Source of the DNA: Bugula neritina
Taxonomy: Eukaryota; Animalia; Bryozoa
NCBI GenBank assembly: GCA_964035545.1
Contig: CAXIUT010000220.1
Span: 1 to 18,046 of the forward strand
DNA length: 18,046 nucleotides
Reading direction: 5' to 3'
Positions 11,501 to 18,046 of this stretch are shown one piece after another. Under the pieces are notes generated by a model. That model was given only the letters and a program-made list of their open reading frames with translations, made no database searches and was not told the DNA's origin. The position numbers and the translations under genes were made by a program. Numbering within the stretch: the first letter of the stretch is position 1; each line of letters begins with the position of its first letter.

Positions 11501-12774
11501 TGTCTGCAAGGTTATGCCTTTACTGCTGCAGGTTGTGTTCCTTGCATTTGGGGATGTAGAACTTGTAACCCTAAAATTCTTACTCAATGTTACACATGTT
11601 TGGCAGGTTTCTTCTTGAACAGTACAAATGTTTGCTAGCCTTGTACAACTCACTGTTAAAGTTGTGTTGATTTTGGTTGCCTTCGTTGTTCAGGAGGCTA
11701 TATGTTGAATAGATAAACTTTCAAGTGTTAACTTTTATGTTTAGCTCCTTGTGCTACTTGTTCATCATAGTCACCAGCTTTGTGCAGTTCATGTTTGAGT
11801 GGATATAAATTGAGTGGTAGTCGATGTTTAGCTGATACTTCTTGCAATAATGATAATTAGAATGCCTGTCTGGTTTGTCCCTATGGATATTCAATCAAAA
11901 TCGTTCAAAATAATGATACAAGATTATCTCAGCAATGTCTCACCTGTGTGACTGAAAATTGTGCCAGATGCAATACTGATAATCTTACTCAATGCTATAC
12001 TTGCAAAAATAGCTACTATCTTTTGGACAACAGATGTATCTCCTGTAAAATTGGCTGTGCCTTATGTGTCAATAATATCACCTGCACTAGTTGCGCCATG
12101 GGATACATTCCTACTCAAAGTGGAAAATCAGTTGGCAACTTGGCCTCAGGTATTTTGAATTGCATTGTTTGTGATAATCCCTGTGCAACTTGTTTAGGAA
12201 GTGCCAGTACATGTACTTCTTGCCTTGAAGGATATCAACTTAAAGGAAGTATTTGTGTTAGTAACTTCAACTATCAGGTTAAAATAGTATTCAATGTAAC
12301 TCTTCCTCAGTTTGAGAATAACTGTCTCAATTTCTTGAACCAGGTAGCCGAAGCAGCTAGAATTAGTATCAAACGCATCCTTATGTTAAGCATTAAACTT
12401 GGTTCTGTTGATGTTTAGATGTTGATTACTTCTGAAACCTCTGCTGCATCTTCTGAATCTATTCAATCAGAGAACAATCTTAAGGACTTATTTGCTGAAG
12501 GAGGATCAATAGCTAATATGGGAGTTGTCAGCAATTCTATAACTTATAATGGAGGCAACAATCATCCTGACACTCCTGACGATGATGATGAAGGAATATC
12601 TACTACTACAATAATTATTTTAGCTGTGGTGATTCCATTGGTCATAATACGTACTTTTAAATTAATTTAGTGATAATCATTGCGATTGTGATATATAGAA
12701 GAAAGAAGAAGCAGAGTGCTGCTAAGTAGTGGGATCCTGATCGTAAGGAGGAGAAAGAAAAACTTGTTGAGTGA
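5528..12774 (+). CDS. ~2408-aa cysteine-rich type-I membrane surface protein, join(5528..12650,12671..12774): signal peptide, 6-Cys TYS-x-GG repeats, furin-like CxxC repeats, SEA-like domain, TM helix, short charged tail
   Basis: Starts MKQFLLFTSLVTLLLLWQPVLA (signal peptide). One frame has no TGA for over 7 kb, and track ORFs 6149, 9899, 11063, 11948 and 12419 are fragments of it split at TAA/TAG. Periodic Cys and many NxS/T sequons. SIKLGSVDV motif near 12389-12415. The TM segment IIILAVVIPLVII|LIIIAIVIY-RRKKK is completed only after removing the 20-nt intron. TGA at 12772-12774. Confidence 0.92.
5594..9590 (+). repeat. Coding tandem array of ~45-47-aa six-cysteine repeats (CxxCxxGTYSxGGxxxCxxCxGCxxCxxxxGxCxxCxxGY/FG)
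   Basis: Recurrent acttattc..ggagga and ggatgt motifs about every 140 nt. Boundaries are approximate. Confidence 0.85.
12651..12670 (+). other. 20-nt spliceosomal intron GTACTTTTAAATTAATTTAG
   Basis: GT..AG ends and AT-rich. Retention gives TGA at 12671. Removal joins the two halves of the TM helix and adds an RRKKK stop-transfer sequence. Confidence 0.88.
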
Positions 12775-13576
12775 TTATTTCATCAGCAAATTACATATTA
12801 ATCATAAATATTAATAACTATCATCATAAAGTGTCATTAAAATAAATAATCAAGCATAATCAAGATAATAATCTTCAAAATGACATAATTGGATAGTTTT
12901 TACAAAAAAAGTAAATAATGAAAATATCATATTAACATATTAGATAATTATTTTGAATTTAAATTAAATCCAAGCAATTCTCTTATTGAATACTTTTATA
13001 GATAATAACTAAGAATTGATAATGTAGTACTTTCGAGCAAGAAAAATAGACATAGTCTTGCAAAACTATTGCCAATAATTTAACAGTTACAATTTTAAAT
13101 TTAGTTCAAATTAATAAAATTAAGCTTAACAATAGGTTTGTTAAAAGAAAATGTTGAAAATAAACTAAATAATATAAAGATATTTAAATTATATTTTTAC
13201 AATAAGTATTTTATTCATAATACTATCTAATTTCATATATTCTTTATATTTAATCTTAAATCATTAGTGTGTTAAAAAATCTTAGTGATCAACACCTTTA
13301 CTTTCCTTTAAAGATATCCTTGAAAATTATTACCATTTTGAAGAATAACATAAAATAAATGTTTTCACTGCTTTTCTAATCAAATCTTTCTTACTTTTTC
13401 AATCACATCTCATAATGTCTAACCCAAATACATTGTCTCAAATGCTATTTAGTAAGTATAAACTTCATAGATGGTTTCTATTGGGCTAAATCTTTCCCAT
13501 AGGAATGTTTTAAGAGTCTAATTGAAACTTTATTCAATAAAAGTGACCAATATAAATCTTGTTTTGGATATTAAAT

Positions 13577-16500
13577 ATGTTATTAACTTCACCAAAAATG
13601 GATTAATCGTTTAACTGGACATGCCTCTTCATGAAAATGATATTAATAGAGTCTTAGATGATATTTTTTTGTTAGAGATATCCAACTAAATTTATCTTTC
13701 TTGAAGATTTTCTGAGTAAGAGTAAAAAAAAAAACAGTAGAAATTAATAATATGACTTTTTAATGCGGAAGGAAGTATTAGAAAATAAAAGCACTTTTTT
13801 TTTAATCGGGGGTATTGAATATTTTGATTAGTTTACTATAATATTATCAATCATAATATTCTTTATTATATTTACTTAGAATAAAAGAATCTTTAAAAAT
13901 CAATCTAAAACTTTTTTATTGTTTAAAAAGGAAAGTATTTTACAAAGGACTATTTAGCAAATAAATAATTAGAAAATAAAAGTTAATCTTGATAGTATTT
14001 TTTCCTTGTTTTTAGATCTTTATGATCTTTACAATAGCTCAAGTATTTAGAATACAAAATTATACTTTTAATTGACTTATAAAATTTTATTTTTCTACAA
14101 TATTAATAAAAGTAAATTCATTAAAAGACTTCTTTTTAATAAACTTTCAATTTTTGTAGCAAGGTTTAAAATATAGAATCCTAAAAATAAAAAGGTAAAG
14201 TTTAACTTTTTATTTTTTATTTTTAATGCTAATTATCATTAATTATAATCCCACTTCATAGTTATGGAAGATTAAAAAAGGAAAGACAATCATTTAGATT
14301 CGGCATAGCAACTTGAACAAACAAAGGAAACTTCTTCATAGAGTTAGTTTTTAGAATAGTATAAAGAAAAAACAAAAATATACCAAAAGTTATTAATAAT
14401 GTAGAGTATCAGCAAAATGAAGGAAACATTTTATAAATAAAAAGTTTTCATAGATGATAGTTAGAATTTTAATTAATAGATATAATTAACAATAGTTTAA
14501 AAATCAATTAATAAAGAAGTAGTTGTCATATTAGGGGTTGGGGTTGGGGTTGGGGTTGGGGTTGGGGTTGGGGTTGGGGTTGGGGTTGGGGTTGGGGTTG
14601 GGGGGGTTGGGTAAGAAGGTTAGAATGGAATGGTTTATTGTGGAACTTTAAAAAAAGAGAAGATAGCTATGAAATGCATTCCTATTCGATCATAGTCAAC
14701 TAGATGTAGAGCTATTAAAGAATGGTTTTTGCTGAAAATAGGATCAATAGCTGAGGTTGGTCCTAGAATATAACCTTACTTTGGCTTTGATATTCTGATG
14801 TTCAAAGAATGTTGTTAATTTGCAACATAGATATGTTTACCTTGTTAGTGGTCTCAATATAATTAAAATACTATCTACTGGAATTTGGTTGTAATGCATT
14901 CTTTACATTTGGTTCATCTTGATATTAAGCCTTAGAACATTATGTACAGTCCGAAATATCAAAAACCTGTGTTTATTGACTTTGGATTATCAAGTTTAAT
15001 AAAATAGAATATTGGTTTTAAGACTTTATCTGATTTCAGAGGCAGCATTAATATTTGTAGTCAATAGATGGGCGAGTGTTTGATTCTAGGTAAATCTAAG
15101 AAGATAGACCTATATCAAAATGATTTAGTTTGCCTTTAAAAAAGTATAGATTTTCTAAAATAAAGCTTTAAAAATCTTTAGTTATTTAAACAGTAAAATA
15201 AAGAATCCATAAATAATTTAAAGGAATTGTTTAGTCTCAGGTTGTATTAACTCAAATATTATTTATTTAGAAATTAATTTGATTTATTTACAAAATAGTT
15301 ATCTACAGTAATATAGATTTAGAATGGAGACTTTTATCGAATTAGATCGTTATAATTTTTAGTTGAACTAATTCCTCATCCAAAATTACATAGAATATTT
15401 TTGAAATATGTGACTTAAAAAGAAAGTGATTCTTCTTAGATTATAAGATTAAAAATAGCCTATTAAATGAGTAGCAAATATCTTTTTACTGTCTAAATCT
15501 TAAAAGACCAATAAAAATACAACTTATTTTCAAAATATTGTGAAGAATATTTTAAAGATGCAATTGACTTAAAAGATCAGTTAAAAGCCAGAAATAAATT
15601 GATTCCTTAATTAATCAAACAAAAATAAATGATTCAAAAATTATCTTTTCAAAAATATATTAAAATCTACATGGAATACATGAGTTATACTAACAACATC
15701 TTCAAAGTGACAGCTCTTCAAAGATCTGAAGCAGCTGCTGTATACTATTCTCTATTCATTGATTCATAAGTTCCTTCTGACATTACAGGAAGAAAGTTAG
15801 TTGAATAAACTATAAGGCATATTCTCAAATGGATTCTTTAGAATTATATTTTAAAAAATAGTAATTATTTATTTGCTATACTAGCTTTTAAAGTTCATGA
15901 TTTTTTGTCTATATTAGATATTGGAACAATTGAATAGCAGATAAATTGGCTAGAATCAATTTATAATCATTAAGCTCTTCCCATTTAAACTAAAGCTTAT
16001 TTCATAAGTAGAGTTCTTTAAACTAATTAGTTAAATTTGTTTAGAATTAGAGGAAAAAATAATACTAGAAATAAAATCAAAAAAATCAATAGGTGGGTTA
16101 CTTCCAAATTTAACTAATTTTAATTCTATACAAATAAATTTTTAAGAAAAAAATAAATAAAGTAAAAGTAATGTGAAAAAAATACAAATAATAATATTTA
16201 TGTTAAGAATTTTTATGATGAATTTGGATATTAAATATAAAAATATTATCAACTAGTAATAATTGACTTAGATTCAAAAAATATCCCTTAATAAATTAAT
16301 CTATTTAGTCAACTCAATTATAAAAATTAGAATTCCAAATTTTATTACTTCACACTTCATTTATACACTTATCTTAGATAAAGATAGAAAAATATTTCGA
16401 CTTGTTCAAAAATAATCAATATTTTTAAATCTAATTTAGCTGATTAATAACTCTTTTAATAAGAATTTATTTTTTCAACTAATCTAGGATATTTTAAAGC

Positions 16501-16585
16501 CATTTCTTTTAAGATCATATAAATCTAAAAAATAATGTTAAATATTGTGTTAAAAATTATATAATTTTTTATAGTAAATCCCTGA
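13577..16585 (+). CDS. Divergent non-RD protein kinase domain (~14520-15140) within a long ORF; interrupted in frame by telomeric tract 2; start and 3' exon structure uncertain
   Basis: Frame open from 13526 to TGA 16583-16585, first ATG at 13577 (alternatives include 13763 and 14264). Kinase motifs: VIL[tract]EEGENGMVY, IAMK, AIKEW (alphaC Glu), FATEIC (hinge), VHLDIKPENIMY, FIDFGLS, RGSINICSQEM, DLYQNDLVCL. Confidence 0.8.
14534..14611 (+). repeat. Internal telomeric tract 2: (GGGGTT)11 GGG GGGGTT GGG, followed by TAAG
   Basis: Directly visible, 78 nt, 12 TT units, one G7 run at 14600-14606. Confidence 0.97.
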
Positions 16586-17885
16586 AAAAGATTATATTAT
16601 GATTTAATTCTTTTTGAAGGATATATTCTAAGAAATTTATTACAAAATTTGTTTATAATAATAAGAATTTAACATCTTCTTTTCAAAATAGAGTGTCTTA
16701 AATAAGATAGTGAAAAGTTTAGTAAGTTCTTATGAAGAGATATTAAAGGATACATAAGGTTGGCATTAATGCCTTTAATAAAATATTATAAGAATTATCA
16801 ATAGAATCACATTCTTATCTTTTTCATAAGAATATAATGCAATTTAAATATTTTCAAATTAATCATTTATTAATTAAATAAAATGTCAAAATTGTCGCAT
16901 TGTTCTTCAATTTAGTATTAAATTTAAATAAATTAAAGAATAATTCGATAACTTATATAACTTAATATGTATAAAAGATAATAAAGATTAGTCTTAATAG
17001 GAAAAATCTATAAAAAAAATATTTAATTTATCTGATAGTTTTAATTAATCTCTTATTGAGCAAAATTGTTAAAATTCTGATAAAATAACCCTTTTATTTT
17101 ATTGTTCGCGTTTATGTTCATTAGCTTGTTGTCTTAATTAGGGCTATGAATCAAAGTATCATGGAATACTAAACTATTATCGAATGACTCTTAAGTATAA
17201 TCGAATACAAACTTATCTCAACCAAAATATAAGAGAGAATAACCTTATATTCTACATGACTTGTTTTCTTCTCTGGAAAACAAATAAAAAATCACTTTTA
17301 GTATTTATTTTTAAAATTGTTAAAACTGTCTAATTAAATTATAACTAACCTTATGGAAATAATATTATTTATTACTTTACTTAATTCTTCCTAAATTTTA
17401 GTCAATAAGAATTATTCTAATTATTTCTAAATATTAAATCATAAAACTAATTAAAATAAAATCGAATAAACTGTGTAGCTATTATTTATGTTTTACTTTA
17501 TATTTTTTTCAATAATCATTAAAAATAAAAATTAGTAATAAAATAAACTTTAAAATTATTCAATAAACTTTATTTTTCTTTGAAAAGATAGTTATTAATT
17601 AAAATTGGTTATAAATTTTATCAAGATAGCCTTTGTGTTTTATAAAAACTTAAATAAATGAAAAATAGATCTGGATAATTCTTAGAAAAGAAGAATATCA
17701 TGATTGAACAAAAAAAAGTAAAAAGAAAATTAAGATATTGTAGAAATAGATTGATAAAATTATTTATAAATATGGGAAGAGAAGGTTAAAAATTGATGAA
17801 GAAAAGAAAGAAGGATAGTTTAAAAGATATTTTAGAATAAAAGCTGTCAAAAATTAAAAGATTAAAATATTGGAAGTAGTATTGA
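16575..17885 (+). CDS. Long +1-frame ORF: probable 3' exon of the kinase gene, or a separate hypothetical gene
   Basis: This frame has no TGA from 15711 to 17883-17885 (about 725 codons), and the last ~435 codons lie beyond the kinase-frame stop. The 5' boundary is uncertain (candidate acceptor TTTTTTATAG ending 16574; ATG at 16599). Confidence 0.6.
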
Positions 17886-17970
17886 AATATCAATGAGAAT
17901 GATAACTATCAATTAAACATAAATATTTTATTATGTATTATTTAGATATATTTAATATTATTGAAGAAGA

Positions 17971-18046
17971 GGGGTTGGGGTTGGGGTTGGGGTTGGGTTG
18001 GGGTTGGGGGTTGGGGGTTGGGGTTGGGGTTGGGGTTGGGGTTGGG
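17971..18046 (+). repeat. Right telomere (GGGGTT)n: 12 TT units plus GGG, with one G3 and two G5 variant units
   Basis: Terminal G4T2 repeats in the correct orientation for a right chromosome end. Confidence 0.97.

Noticed and set aside
5039-12670. The 18 short ORFs in the supplied six-frame track as independent genes
   Set aside because: They were computed with TAA/TAG as stops. Five are fragments of the single surface-protein frame, and the rest are off-frame, antisense shadows or AT-rich noise.
14532-14613. Tract 2 as a Paramecium-type TA-bounded IES
   Set aside because: TA-to-TA excision removes 80 nt and frameshifts the kinase.
14537-14623. Telomere tract 2 as a GT-AG intron
   Set aside because: Splicing to the AG at 14615 or 14618 shifts the frame into an early TGA. 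Splicing to 14623 is in frame but deletes the EGE part of the glycine loop.

Overview
This 18,046-bp window looks like a complete telomere-to-telomere macronuclear minichromosome of an AT-rich ciliate, with (CCCCAA)n at the left end and (GGGGTT)n at the right. The supplied standard-code ORF track is misleading because TAA and TAG are sense codons and only TGA terminates. Conserved-motif positions point to UAR=Glu (peritrich-type code, NCBI table 30) rather than the usual ciliate UAR=Gln. Read this way, all genes are on the + strand: a 1013-aa PH-like/CLU/TPR protein, a 404-aa coiled-coil hypothetical protein, a ~2408-aa Cys-rich type-I surface protein with a 20-nt intron, and a long divergent protein-kinase locus followed by an overlapping +1-frame ORF. 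The most striking feature is two internal telomeric tracts (5319-5393, 14534-14611). They have the same architecture as the terminal telomeres (12 TT-containing units plus GGG), both are followed immediately by TAAG, and both are a multiple of 3 long. The second sits in frame inside the kinase glycine-rich loop, and removing it restores the motif spacing. This suggests precise telomere insertion or alternative fragmentation at a TAAG site, but an assembly-consensus artefact cannot be excluded from sequence alone. All translations and domain calls were made by eye.
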